Shown in pieces: positions 1-12,520 of a DNA stretch of 64,000 nucleotides (positions are counted from its first letter, which is position 1; each line of letters opens with the position of its first letter). Under the pieces are notes generated by a model. The model did not search any database, was not told the DNA's origin, and worked only from the letters and a program-made list of their open reading frames with translations. Source of the stretch: Felis catus (taxonomy: Eukaryota); the NCBI RefSeq assembly GCF_018350175.1, contig NC_058368.1, positions 213,282,001-213,346,000 of the forward strand, given 5' to 3'. A program made the position numbers and the translations under genes.

Positions 1-69
1 TGGGGCTCAAACTCACAACCCTGAGACCAAGAGTCACATGCTGTTCCAACTGAGCCAGCCAGACACCTG
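1..69 (-). mobile_element. Short Can-SINE (partial, runs off the window)
   Basis: tggggctcaaactcacaaccctgaga...ctgagccagccag is the reverse of the tRNA-derived head. Confidence 0.8.
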
Positions 70-423
70 TCTACCCTTCCCTTATGACAGATTGCCAACC
101 CCTGTTTGAGACAGTGGTCCTGAGCTGCTGGGTGTGTTGCTTTTCTTGCTAAGAGAGTTTTAAAATTCCCAAGAATACCTTGAAGGGAATGAGCCCAGAT
201 TTTTGGATAAAAAAATCTCACTGTGTTCTTACCTTTTCTCTAGACATACAATCGAATTCCTGTTTTGCTTTAATCCCTTGAGATCCACTTCCCAGTGTGG
301 TTTCACCTTTCAGATTTTTTTCCTCAACTGTAACATTGAATGACCATCTTCCCTGCAGGCTGACTTTGAATGTGATAAGAAATAACCACGTGTACATGAC
401 ATGACTGTTAAGATGCTATTATT

Positions 424-651
424 TAAAAAAAAATTTTTTTTTTTTTTGCTTATTTTTGAGAGAGAGAGAGAGAGAGAGAGACAGTGTGAGCAAGGAAGGG
501 ACAGAGCGAGAGGGAGACACAGAATCTGAAGCAGGCTCCAGGCTCTGAGCTGTCAGCACAGAGCCTGACACGGGACTCGAGCTCACGAACTGTGAGATCA
601 TGACCTGAGCTGAAGTCAGACGCTTACCCGACTGAGCCATCCAGGCACCCC
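424..651 (-). mobile_element. SINEC_Fc-type Can-SINE
   Basis: T-tail, (GA)n and head; TSD agatgct(a/g)ttatt at 411-423 and 653-665. Confidence 0.92.
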
Positions 652-1483
652 TAGATGCTGTTATTATTGATAGTCACTTGAATTGGGAGAATTATCGATC
701 GTGTACCTCCCATTTGCACCGTGTTAGAATTAGGAATGCATAAAAACAGTCTGTGCTCTCAGGGGGTTCACATTCTGTTAGAGAGACAGCAAGTCAACAG
801 ATGGCTCTAATGCACAGAAGTAGGTGCTGCCTGTTCATGAAGGAGGCGTGCACAGAATGCTTTTGGAGCACAGAAGGCTGCGGCAGCATTCGGCCTCATG
901 TGAAGGCAGCGTAGGACTTGGAAAGGGCAGTGTGAGGGTGGGTGCTGGTGTGGGGAGGAGGGGGATGATGTAGTGGGCAGGCAACAGGGACAGCTCGAAA
1001 GGCTCATGGGCATGTTGGGCCCAGGTGGTCGAAGCATCTGTCTCATACCTTATGTAAGGCGTGGTGGGGGGTGAAGTGGGCTAAATCCTGAAAAGTAGAA
1101 TCCGAGGGGTGCTGCTAGGACACGCAAGCTTGTTATTCTGCTTTCTGCGAATACTGCTTTACCATGAAGTCAGTCTGGCCCTTTGTGAGCCTGTAGGCAC
1201 CTTCTCGTTTGCTCCTGGTTCCTCTTGGTCCAAGACCACGGAAAAGCTCCTGTTCCAAGGCTTTTAGCTCCTTGCCAGCTATTCAGCTGACCTAGTATTT
1301 GTGTAGCAGTCCTGGGAGTGGGGCAGGAGGTTGGTGCACAGAAGGCAATGCCATGTGTGTTTGCAGCTGTTGTTAGTCACGTCAGTTAGCTTCGACTCTG
1401 AGATTCTGACAGCCCTGTAACTGCCACCTGCTACTTTTCTCCAGCACTTGTATACATTCCAGTGCTACCCTCTTTAACTTTTA

Positions 1484-1710
1484 GTGTAGTGTGGTTAAGA
1501 GCACAGCTTTGGAATTAGAGCTCTGCTACTTGCCTTGTGGATTTGGTCTGGGTATTTAACTTCTCTGAGCCTCGGTTTCCTGACCTCTGAAATGGGAATA
1601 AAAACAGTTGTGTCTAGCTCATAAGATTGTTGTTAGTCTTAAGTGAGTCAGTCCATCGAAGTTAACACAGTACCCAAAGTGCAGCAAACCCTTATTAAAT
1701 GTTAATTGTT
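1484..1710 (+). mobile_element. MIR
   Basis: gtggttaagagc...aacttctctgagcctcggtttcc...aaatgggaataa core. Confidence 0.8.
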
Positions 1711-1743
1711 GTAGTAGCTATTACCTTTTACCCCAGAAGCTGC

Positions 1744-1747
<4 letters not shown>

Positions 1748-1800
<53 letters not shown>

Positions 1801-1813
1801 CGCGCGCATGTGT
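1748..1813. repeat. (TG)n followed by (CG)n, 66-bp alternating purine-pyrimidine tract
   Basis: Read directly from the sequence. Confidence 0.95.
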
Positions 1814-2642
1814 TCATTCTTTGGGCCATAAGTGCAGGTCCCGATAGTGGCGACATTTTTTATGTTCCCTTCTAGCATTGTTCTTCCCTTGCACTCTCAG
1901 AGGCCGGTCACCAGAGTGGGGGGTGCTGTCCCTTTTGCAGGTGCCCACAAAGGATGCCTTTCCTCTCCATCCAGAGGGCTTCCCTTCCTTCATAGCTTTC
2001 TTTTTCAGTAAGCTCTTTCATGGATTCCTTCTCTGTCCTTCTGTCACAGTGTTTTTCCTTGTCTTGAAGGCATGCAGGAGGACCTGAGGTTTGGGCAGTG
2101 TTTCATGTCCTGGGCCTTCTGTCCGATCCAGTGTGGCTATCTTCCTTTTAAATTAGCCTGCCAGTGGCCCCTTCTCTCCCCAGCCAGCCAGTTATACTCC
2201 TGGCCATCACAGTTTCCAGGGTTCCCTTGGGGAGTGCCCTCTTTGCTGGTTTGTCTTCACTTCCATTCATTCCACCCTCCTTGCTGTGGTTGGAACCACA
2301 GACCATAGATGCTTACCTGGTCTCTCCCTCTACCTGAGTCACCCTGCACGGCACAGCCAGGTTCCTGCTGGGTGCAGCCTGCGTGTGTCATTTTCCCATT
2401 TAAGAGTCCTCCTGTGTGCCTGCCGCTTTCCCAAATCTTAACACCCTTTCCAGACTCACTGCAGATTCCTGCCTTCTTCTGGTTTGTTGAGAGAGTGTTA
2501 GTTTGCATTTGGGAGGCCAGGACTCTGTTCATTTTTTTCTGTGTGATTTTGAGGGAGCCCCCTTGACCTCTTTGGCTGTCATTTCCTGATTCATAGAGTT
2601 GGCCTAGGCAAGTGCTTTTGAACCTATTTTGCCCAAGGAAAT

Positions 2643-2847
2643 TAAAAAAAAATTTTTTTTAAGTTATTTGAGAGAGAGAGTGTGTGAGCAGGGGAGGAGC
2701 AGAGAGAGAGGGGGAGAGAATCTGAAGCAAGCTTTACGCTGTCAGCATGGAGCCCGATGTGGGGCTCAAACTCACAAACTGCGAGATCATGACCTGAGCT
2801 GAAACCAATAGTTGGATGCTTAACTGACTCAGCCACCCAGGTGCCCC
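2643..2847 (-). mobile_element. Can-SINE
   Basis: Reverse SINEC head ...gccacccaggtgcccc with (GA)n and T-tail. Confidence 0.9.
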
Positions 2848-3889
2848 TCCCCCCCCCTTATTTTTTTTTTAAACAGCATGGTTCTTTGGGGGAGCTTTTT
2901 CAAAATAAATACACTGTACCAAGTCCTGGTTTAGAGATTTGAATGTGCTTTAGGGTCAGGGAAGGGGGGGGGGGGAGGGGCACCTGCTGTAAGTATCCAC
3001 ATTTTTTTTTTCTGTTAATTATTATTTTTTCCTTCATCCCCTATTGAGAACTGCTATTTCAAATGAAGTCATAGGGGAAACCCAAATAGAGAAAAGTGAA
3101 CGAGGAGTGTAGTGGGAAAGGCTGCTGGCCAGGGAACACTGAAGGCCAGAGCCACTTCAGCCTCTCTGTGTTCACCAGTCTTTCCTAATTGGCATTCTCC
3201 CTTTCTTTTTGCCCATGGTACAGACCGTCTGTAGCTCTGGGTTCTTTGTTGCTACAGTCGAGCATTTATTCTCTACTCCTTGTGTGTAATTGCTTTGTGT
3301 CTGCAGATCTTTCTCCAACAGAGCTGTAAGCTCCTTGGCCTGCAGTGCCACAGAGTGTGGCCTCCTGGAGGTCAGCATGGCTTCAGAGAGGACTGTGGCC
3401 ATCCCAAGAGGGGGCCTCAGGGGAGCTGGTGGGAGCATCGTTCTGAGCCTCTTTTTTATTTCTCCGGGAGAGTGATTGGGGTGGTGAGGTGAGAACTGTG
3501 GTAGGCCGTTAGTGTGGTTCCTGACTCTGTTCTTGGTCTCTATACCCCAACAGTCATCTGTTAGAGTGATTGTTGTCAAGAAGCATGAATGAGTAATGCT
3601 TTTACTGTCATTCAATAAGTGATGAGCTGTCAAACCAGAGTGAGGGACTTAATTTGGGTCTTAGCGAGCAGTTACTTTTCTTCCTTTAAGAAAAAAAATC
3701 CGAGATAAGGGGAAAAAGCAGTCTAAATGTGAATGCAAGGATTTAGAATGGGCACATGAGTAAGTATTGCTTAGCTGTTAGGGTAATGCACTGTTACAGG
3801 TTGTCTCCTGTTTCCCTGTCCTGAACACTTGTTACAGTTGAAAGGACACTTGATGCTATTATTTTGTAATAGGAAAAAAGTTTAAGATT

Positions 3890-4225
3890 CGTAGTTACCT
3901 AGGGCTCAGAGTGGTGTTAGGGTGGTGTCAGGGAGAATAGGGGGGATGAATGCTAATGGGTACCATGTTTCTTTTAGGTGTGATGAAAATATCCTAAAAT
4001 TGATTGTTGTGATAGTTGGATAACTGAATATACTAAACACCACTGAATTATGTGCTTTAAGTAGGTGATTTGTATGGTGTATGAATTTGCCTTTTTTTTT
4101 TTTTTAAGCAAACTCTGTGCCCAATGTGGGGCTTCAACTCACAACCCCAAGGTCAAGAGTCATATGATCTACCAGCCGAGCCAGCCAGACGCCCCTGAAT
4201 TTGTATCCTAGTACAACTTTTACAA
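3890..4225 (+). mobile_element. Old L1 3'-UTR fragment interrupted by a short minus-strand Can-SINE (4092-4195)
   Basis: L1M-like gtgatgaaaatatcctaaaattgattg...cactgaatta; SINE flanked by TSD tgaatttg (4082-4089, 4196-4203). Confidence 0.75.
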
Positions 4226-4249
4226 AAACAAAGTAAAAATCAAAAGTAC

Positions 4250-4450
4250 TAAGCCAGGTGTTGGAACTCCTGCGAACAAGTTCTGGCTTCATCACCTGTT
4301 TAGCTGTATGAGTCCAGACACACGATTTAACCTCTTGGAGCTTCATTGGCCTTATCTGTAAAGCAGGGATGAGAAAACCTTACAGGATCATTATCAAGAT
4401 AATGACATGGGACATGTGGAAGTGGACGTAGTGAAACCTCCAGCAAATTA
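4250..4450 (+). mobile_element. MIR
   Basis: tttaacctcttggagcttca...cttatctgtaaagcagggat core. Confidence 0.65.
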
Positions 4451-5611
4451 TACATTTATGTGTTTAAGTTAGACACATATTTTTGTGGATAATAGATGCT
4501 TAGTCTGAAATGTTATTGAAAGTTCCCAACAACCCTATGAAATGAACACTTATTAAAGGCTGAGACCTGATCTGCATGGTGAGTAAATAGCAGAGTCCTT
4601 AAAGACCAGATACCTGAACCGGCTTAGTCTGTGGTCTGTTACTTTGAGCCCAGACAGAGATTGTCAGTTCACCTCTTACTGCATGTCTGCTTTCCTGGCT
4701 TCAGATACTGTTTTCTTGTCAGAGTAATTGTTGCTTGTATGCCAGAGAGTATATAGAGGGTATAGAGTGGAGCTGTGGTTAGCAGAGCTGTTACCTGGGC
4801 ATGCTTTCAGAGGGGACTGAGCCTGCTAGCAGGCTGGCTCTAAAGCGAGTGAAGCCCTCTGGCCAGGAGCAGGGAACTAGCAGTCTGGGAACCAGCTCCA
4901 GGAACAAATCCTGCCTAGATTTCCAGCTCCCTAGAATTGGACAGTAGGTACATTCATTTAGCTTCTAGGCTGTATCTTCAGTGATAGAGCTTCATATTTA
5001 AAGTCTGGCTTTGCATATGCCCCTGCCCTATTGATGGGACTAGAATGTGTTTCAGAAAGAAGTGTGACAAAAGTTGGTAAGACTTGGCACTAATCATATA
5101 CTTTAGTACTGATCATACTTAGGTAGTAATTTAAAAAAATCTGTCAAGAACTATGCTTAGGATAAAGAATATTACCAGGAAGAAGAATTACTTGTCTCTT
5201 TGTATGTTTCTGTTTATGCATTCTTTTAGTAGACTTTTCTTGACAATTTACTATCTGAGGCTAGAAAATACATACAGGTACAGCCTCCTCCCCCATTTTG
5301 TGTCATCGGTTGGGGAGGCTGACAAGGTAAGAGATTGTTGCAATACAGGAGGGAGGGGCGATCGGAGAGATCTTGGCAGGGGTCTTGAATTGTGTGGACG
5401 GTTGAATTGACTGATGGGTCCAGTGGCTTCACTGGGAGCTAGATGGTGACAGTGTGGCTGTGGTCACGGGAGCATGCAAAGTGAGAGGTGATGGTGGCTG
5501 AAAGTAAAAGCAGCAAAGGGATGGACAGATGTGGATGGATTCTGGAGCTATTAATAAAGCAGAGCAGACAGGTCACGAGGGGCAGGGAGTAGTAAAGAAT
5601 GACTGCTGGGT

Positions 5612-5782
5612 CAAGGGAGGTGGGGGGGGATCGGTTAAATAGGTGGTGAGGATAAAGGAGTGCATTTGTTGTGATGAACACTGGGTAATGTATGGAAGTG
5701 TTGAGTCACTACATTGTATACCTGAAACTAATACTACACTATATGCTAACTAACCGGAATTTAAATGAAAACTTTAAAAAAA
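5612..5782 (+). mobile_element. 5'-truncated carnivore L1 3' end
   Basis: gtgatgaacactgggtaatgtatggaagtgttgagtcactacattgtatacctgaaactaat...A-tail. Confidence 0.85.
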
Positions 5783-5784
5783 GA

Positions 5785-5990
5785 GGGACATCTGGGTGGC
5801 TCAGTCAGTTAAGTGTCCAGCTCTTGATTTTGGCTCAGGTCATGATCTCATGGTTTGTGAGATCGAGCTCCGTGTCTGCACTGATAGTGTGGAGCCTGCT
5901 TGGGATTGTCTCTCTCCCTCTCTCTTTATGCCCCTCCCCCGAATAAATAAAAATAAATAAAAATTAAAAATAAAATAAATAAATATATTA
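5785..5990 (+). mobile_element. Can-SINE inserted in the L1 tail
   Basis: gggacatctgggtggctcagtcagttaag head, (CT)n, AATAAA-rich tail. Confidence 0.9.
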
Positions 5991-6033
5991 AATATATTTA
6001 CAAATAAATAAGTAAAATATACATAAAAATAAC

Positions 6034-6242
6034 TTTATAATGGTTTACTTATTTTTGAGAGAATGCGCACACGCGTGCGAGCTGGGGAGGGGCAGAGAGA
6101 GAGGGAGACACAGAATCTGAAGTAGAATCCAGGCTCTGAGCTGTCAGCACAGAGCCTGATGTGGGGCTTGAACCCACGTACGGTGAGATTGTGACCTGAG
6201 CCCAAGTAGGACACTTAGCCAACTGAGCCACCCAGGTGCCCC
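6034..6242 (-). mobile_element. SINEC_Fc-type SINE inserted in the tail of the preceding SINE
   Basis: Reverse SINE; the host A-rich tail resumes at 6243-6282. Confidence 0.9.
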
Positions 6243-8064
6243 AGTAAATAAACATTTTAAAAAAATTAAAAAAAAAAAAAAGAAATGAATGACTTTTGGG
6301 TGTCTGTTGATGGGACCGATCATTGAGTCAGAGCCCAGAGGAGGATGAACAGGTTTGGTGGTGGGCAGCAGAGTGATGAGCTGGTTTTAAAATGTGAATT
6401 TGGAGGATGTTAGGAACATTCCAGTGCAGGTGGGCAGGAGGCTGTTCAGGTGTCTAGGCCTGGAGCTTTTGAATAGAGATCTGGAGTGAAGAGCCCTTTG
6501 GGGGTCATCCGCTATATTGCTGGAAGTGACGTGAGTGGGAGAGCTTGTGCAGGGAACACGGGTCTTGTGAAGAGGGAGGAGGACCCCGCCTGGAAAGGAG
6601 CCTTGCAGAGGAGCAGCCAGAGAGTGGTGGTTTGGCCTGGAACTAATTTCTGCTTATTTTCAGGTCTCCGTATAAATGACACTTCCTGAGGGGAGCAATC
6701 TTCTCTAACCCTGTGTGAGTGCGGTTTGGTGTTCCTGCTGTGTTCCCATCATGGCCTGTCCGTCCCCGAGAGCAGCACTTCGCACACATCTTTGTTACGC
6801 ATGTACTGTGGTCGACTCCTGTGTGCTCTGGGTGGGGAGGCAGAGGCAGTGTGTTCTGTTCTCTCCTGGGTTTGCTGTGCTGGAGTACAGCAGGTACGCG
6901 AGAAGTGATAGTTCATTGGTGAAAGAGGGTGCGAAAAGGCAAGGGTAAGACAGTGCCCTGGAGAAGGATGTGGCCAGCAGGCAGAGGCAGGTTATATTAT
7001 AGTGAAGAATATGATTCTGATCAGGTAAACTGAGGCTCAAGTCTCGCTTCGCTTAACCTAGGTCGGCCTTGTTTTCCTCATCAGTAAAATGGGAACGGTA
7101 ATGGCTGTTAACAGAGTTGTGAGGATTACGTGAGATGATGCAGTCTTGATATATAATCTTTTGTAGGCTTCTAGTATTTATTGCATTGTTCACCCACTGT
7201 TCCAATTATGACTCTTTATTTGTCTGGATTTAGTGAGAGCAGAAGTCAATTCTTATTTATCTTTTTATTCTCGGCATTAGGTATTTAGGATGTTCGGGAG
7301 CTGTTTGTTGAAATGAATTGGTATGTATTAGAGATGGGTCACCCCGCAGCTCTGAGTAACCAGACATTCAGCTTGAGTGTTGACTCACTAGATTCGCTCC
7401 TCGGGCTCATCGGAGCCCTGTGCTTTGGGCCACTCCTTCTCAGAAACAGAGTTCTGAGAAGAGATGCCATTGACAACGTTTCAGTGCCAGGCCACGTGGA
7501 TGATCCAGGTTCCGGTAGGTGTGTCTCCTTTGGGCCATCAGCTTGCGGAAGAATGGGTGGCAGTTGTCACAGATTGCCAGGAGAGGAGCGCTTCTGGCTC
7601 AGCGTGGGGTGGGCTTTTTAGATGATGTGGGGGCACTGGCAGGTCCTAGGGGTGGGTGGTACTCCTGCGGCTCCTTTTGATCTCTGGGGTAAACCGTGCG
7701 GAAACAGGAAGACTTGTTATTCATGCCCTTGTTGTCTTTTTAAATTAAAACAAACAGTAGCCAAAACATTGGGGTAAATGTTGAAATAAGGAATTAGTGA
7801 CTACAAACCCCAACTCCCATCCTACCACTGTGGTAGAACTGTTCCCCATTTGTGTTCAGCCACTGTTGTGACTGAACTCAGGCCACTGGGATACCCTAGT
7901 TTGGAAACTGTGGGCATGCTGTGACTGCTGACAGCAGTCTTTGCCATTCTTTTGCACCGTAATGGCACAAAATGTCCACACTCAGATGGAGTCGCAAGAG
8001 GTGTCACACAGATCATTTGGTCCATTTGTAACTGCTACGTTTGTTGAAAATTTGCATCATTTTC

Positions 8065-8259
8065 TTTTTTTAATGTTTGTTTATTTTTGAGGGAGAGAGC
8101 ATGAGCAGGGGAAGGGAAGAGAGAGAGGGGGACAGAGGATCTGAAGCGGGCCCTGCACTGTCAGCAGAGGGCCCAGTGTGGGACTCCAGCTCGTGAACCG
8201 TGAGATCATGACCTGGGCAGGAAGTCGGACGCTCAACCTACTGAGCCACCCAGGTGCCC
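8065..8259 (-). mobile_element. SINEC_Fc-type SINE
   Basis: Perfect 20-bp TSD tgaaaatttgcatcattttc at 8045-8064 and 8260-8279. Confidence 0.95.
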
Positions 8260-8939
8260 TGAAAATTTGCATCATTTTCAAATGAGTTGGTTTTCAGGAG
8301 TCTTGCAGAGTTCAAGAAAAGTCTGTCAGTGTAACTAGGAGAACCAATTCTCCTTAATTATTAAAGAACCATACTTTTCTACCTTTTTTTCCTACCCATT
8401 GAACCAAGATACTTAATTGGGGTCAGCTAGGACTTTTATCCCATGTTTCATAGCTTTGGAAGTACGATTGTCACTGTTTGCTCTTAGGCAGCTGGGCAGG
8501 GAGTGTCAAGAGTTGAAGGATGGTGGGATAGAAGTAGTAAAGGGTTAAAATGGAGTCCAGGCCCCTCTCTGAAACCAGATGGCGATGTAAGGAAGCACAC
8601 AGGCAGCTGTCACTAGAGGCTGGTTGGATTGGCTGTCGGATCCTGGGATGACGCCAGCCCCATCCACGGCTGTCGTGCTCCTACAGTTCTTACTGGACAG
8701 GCTTCACAATTTCTGGTCTTTCTGGATGAATACCTCATGCATGACTGTGTTCAGTGGAACACACTCTTTTCTCCAGAACTTTACCATATGATTAGAGCAT
8801 TTAGTGATGCCATCTATAGTAATGGCTCAAGCCTAGATATCATATCTTAAGCCATATGTTTCTCTGGTCCCTGCTCAAGTGGTTTTAAAACCTCTTTAAA
8901 ACATCTCACTACTTAGTCATTGCTCATGAAATTAGCAAA

Positions 8940-9680
8940 ATCTTTTGAACACGTACCATGTGCAGGGCCTGTATTGGATTCTGGGGATATATGGTGAGCA
9001 TAAAAACAGATAAGGACTTACCCTCAGAGTTTAGATTGTTGGGGAGACAGACTTAAATACATAGAACAAATGTGAAATTGCAACTGTGACAAGGGCTAGG
9101 AGGGAGAGAGATACATAGGGCTGTGAGAACCTGGTAATAGAAATGGCCCTTGTCATGAGATCTGATGGATACACAAACTTCATAGGGCGGAGAAGTAGAG
9201 GAGAAGCATTTTATAGAAGGAGCATCCTGTGGAAACAACGCAGGATGAGAATGAGCATGGCAGGTATGGGAGGTTGAAAGGCCAGTGTGGCCAATGTGCA
9301 GACTGAGGAAGAGGATGGTAGGAAACCAGATTGGACAGGTAGGTAGGGGCCAGGCTGCACAGGCCCATATCAAGTCGTTGTCTTCATCCTGCCAATAATG
9401 CAAAGCAGACTGTGTGCTGAAAGTAACACTGCTGCTTTTGGGTGGAGAATGGATCAGAAAAGTGGACGGATGTGGGTAGACCAGCTGCAAAGCGTGTGGT
9501 CCAAATGGGTGGTGGTAGCTTGAATTGGTGATGCTGGTGGAGATAAGAGAGGAACATGAATTCTAGAAACATTTTTAACAGGTAATATTGATGGAATTTG
9601 GTGATAGATTGGATATTGAGGGTGATGGAGAAGGAGGTGTAAAGGGGGACTCTTAGGTTGACCTCTAGATTACATGCTCT
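8940..9680 (-). mobile_element. L2 fragment(s), boundaries approximate
   Basis: ttgaacacgtaccatgtgcagggcctgta...ctggggatat...; purine-rich L2-like text to ggatattgagggtga. Confidence 0.6.
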
Positions 9681-10099
9681 TGAAGGGAAGCACAGAATTG
9701 TCCAGGCAGTATACAGCAGTATTAATTGTGGTTGGAGTGTCATGAATCAGAAGATTCCCATTGAACCCTGGAGGGTTTGTCGGGGTGATAGAGGCTTCGG
9801 CCTTAGCAGACGCAGTGGAGTAAGTTACAAGAGGTAACTCAGCTGGGGTTGAAGAAGCCCCAGAGTTCTTTCCCATGCAGCCAGCCATTACTCCTGTGGG
9901 GCACATGTTTTTTGGTGTTTGTTTCTTCCCTTCAGCTTCCTTCTGCCTCTCTACAGCACTCTCTCAGGTTTTCCTTGGGAACTCTGTATGAATCTTGATT
10001 TAACTTGGTTTCAGGTGGGTCTGGCAGATACATTCACTGATTATTTTGTCCTGGTTTTCCTTCATTCCATGTAAGGGGCGGCATGTCCCGTAAGGACAC

Positions 10100-10292
10100 A
10101 GACTGGGCCAGCTACTGGGTTTGACTTCCACCTCCACATGTACTAGTTGGGTGTCTTCATCTACAAAATGGAGATAATAGTGGCTATAATAACACCACTT
10201 CAAGGGCTTGCTATGAGGATTACATGAGTTAATAAGTATAAAACCCTTTAACAATGCCTGATGCATACAACCCAAGAAATATTTGTCATTAT
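10100..10292 (+). mobile_element. MIR
   Basis: cttcatctacaaaatggagataatag...gaggattacatgagttaat...aatgcctg. Confidence 0.75.
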
Positions 10293-10359
10293 TCACCTCT
10301 CAGGGCTGGTCTTTGAAGTATCCACTTTGGCATTTACAGATTGGACATTTATGATTTCT

Positions 10360-10392
10360 CTCTCTTTTTTAATGTTTATTATTTATTTTTGA

Positions 10393-10430
<38 letters not shown>

Positions 10431-10586
10431 CTGGGGGAGGGGCAGAGAGAGGGAGACACAGAATCCAAAGCAGGCTCCAGGCTCTGAACTGTCAGCACAG
10501 AGCCCGACATGAGGCTTGAACCCACAAACAGCAAGATTATGACCTAAGCTGAAGTTGGACGCTCAACTGAGCCACCCAGGTGCCCC
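10360..10586 (-). mobile_element. SINEC_Fc-type SINE
   Basis: TSD tatgatttct at 10350-10359 and 10587-10596. Confidence 0.92.
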
Positions 10587-11144
10587 TATGATTTCTACAG
10601 TCCACAAGTGACCCCTGAGTCATGATGTGTAGTAATTTGTAATGTTGAGAGGGAAGAAATTGTACTTACCCAGTTCTAAAGATCAAGTTGGACAGCCTTT
10701 AATCACTCATCTAATAAATTCTCCCATGAAGACAACACCTTATACACACTCAGGGTGCAGCATGAGCAGGAGTAGGATGTACATGTGGGAATTTCATCCT
10801 GTCCTATAACCAACCCACTTTAAGATCCATATACAGACATGGGTGCTCCTTGTACCCTTGTTGATAACTGCTTCTCCTCTCTTCCATTCGACTGTGTTCA
10901 TTCTCCCAGAATCAACAAGCAACGGATGTTATTACTCTTTTCTCTTTCTCAAAAACATTGAGATAGAATCTCCATATTTGTCAGTCTTTTTCTGTGGAGT
11001 TCAGAAAACTATTGTAAAATACAGGAGTGAAGGAACTATAGGATGTAGCCAATGAGAATCCATTCTGTCTTTCCTGATGCCTCCCTACTATCCAAAGAGA
11101 TAGGTTCCTAAATTAAAAGAAAAATTCAATTTTTTGAAAGGAGG

Positions 11145-11262
11145 TTTTTTTTTTTAAACGATTATTATTTTTTTAGTAATTTGTACACTGAACCTGGGGT
11201 TTGAACTCACAATCCCAAGATCAAAAGTCACATGCTTTTTGGACTCTGCCAGCCAGGCACCT
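11145..11262 (-). mobile_element. Short Can-SINE followed by (TTTTG)n
   Basis: ttgaactcacaatcccaagatcaaaagtcacatgc...gccagccaggcacc. Confidence 0.8.
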
Positions 11263-11793
11263 GGGACGGTTTTGTTTTTGTTTTTGTTTGTTTTGTTTTG
11301 TTTTTTTCTGATTCTCTTTGTATACCCTGATTTTTTGGAGTCCTCTAGGCTATTTCTCCTCTGAGTACTGGTGTGTGTGTGTGTTTTGATTTGGGAATGG
11401 GTATTTGATGGTAGTGATTGTGGTACTTATTTTTTCCTGAATTATTTGTAAGAATTGGATAGTGTATATTTATAATTATTTTGAAGTATGAACCAAAGAA
11501 GGATTAGATATTAGTGATGTTTGTCTACAGTGTGCCTCCTTAAATTCCACTGCTCAAGTATTTCTATAGGTTTTTATTCTCAAGTTCAGCAGTTTAGTCT
11601 ACTTTCAATAGAATCAGCAGTCGAGAAGGTTTTACTTTTTGTACAGTATGCCTGAGCAGTCCATTCCTTGGATGTGATATTCTTTTAAGGAAGCCATTAG
11701 TTTTCTCTCTTGGTCTTGTAATGGGTTCAAAGTACTTCATATTGCAGAAGATAAGACACAAAATGACCAGACCTAAGTCATTATGGGCTTTTA

Positions 11794-11837
11794 TTTTTTA
11801 TTTATTTATTTTTGAGAGAGAGAGAAAGTGTGAGGAC

Positions 11838-11872
<35 letters not shown>

Positions 11873-11988
11873 CCCAAGCAGATTCTACACTGTCAGCAGA
11901 GCCCAGTGGGGCTCGAACCCATAAACCGAGAGATCATGACCTGAGCCTAAGTCAGACACTTAATCAGCCGAGCCATCCAGGTGCCCCC
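11794..11988 (-). mobile_element. Can-SINE
   Basis: TSD gtcatt(a/g)tgggctttta at 11777-11793 and 11989-12005. Confidence 0.92.
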
Positions 11989-12349
11989 GTCATTGTGGGC
12001 TTTTAGAAAACAAATCCTATTAATAGAAAAATGCCATTTCTTTTTCCTTTGCTTCACATATTCCTGTATCCTCTGTCTTACAGAATTAGGACCAACTTGG
12101 GTGTTGCTAATTGCAGGAGTTTCTGATCCATAAAAAAAAGAATTGAGAGGCCTCCTGAGTAGATTCAGTGTAGTTTAATGTAGGAAGAAGGACTGAGAGA
12201 GAAGTAGAAATTATACTTACCTGTGACAGAATCTTGGATAATTGCCCCTCTCATGTAGGATATTTGAATTCTTTGTTTATTCCTTAAAGGAAAGGACGAG
12301 AGAACGAAAGAAAAGGAAATCAAGAAGCACAGATACTGCTATGTCCAAC

Positions 12350-12520
12350 AATTACAGCTCTCATTTACTGAACATGTGTGCCAGGTGTTGGTACACATTT
12401 TTCTTCAGGCCTCATATTAGGTAGTATTGTTTCCATTTACATTGGAACAAACCAAAACTCAGGTTAAATGTCATGCCCAAGGTCACGTCTATAGGTAGCA
12501 GAGCAGGGTTTGAACTGTGG
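12350..12520 (-). mobile_element. MIR
   Basis: catttactgaac...tgtgccagg...ggttaaatgtcatgcccaaggtcac. Confidence 0.7.

Noticed and set aside
419..640. Family of similar ORFs (MAQSVKRPTSAQVMIS...) also at 13942, 15550, 31556, 38375, 38820, 46458 and 58508
   Set aside because: These are translations of Can-SINE consensus sequence, not a protein family.
3172..3633. 153-aa minus-strand ORF
   Set aside because: Non-ATG start, no recognisable domain and no retrogene hallmarks such as a poly(A) tail or TSD.
9053..9743. Overlapping 145-aa and 119-aa minus-strand ORFs
   Set aside because: They lie within decayed L2 sequence, with no convincing reverse-transcriptase motifs.
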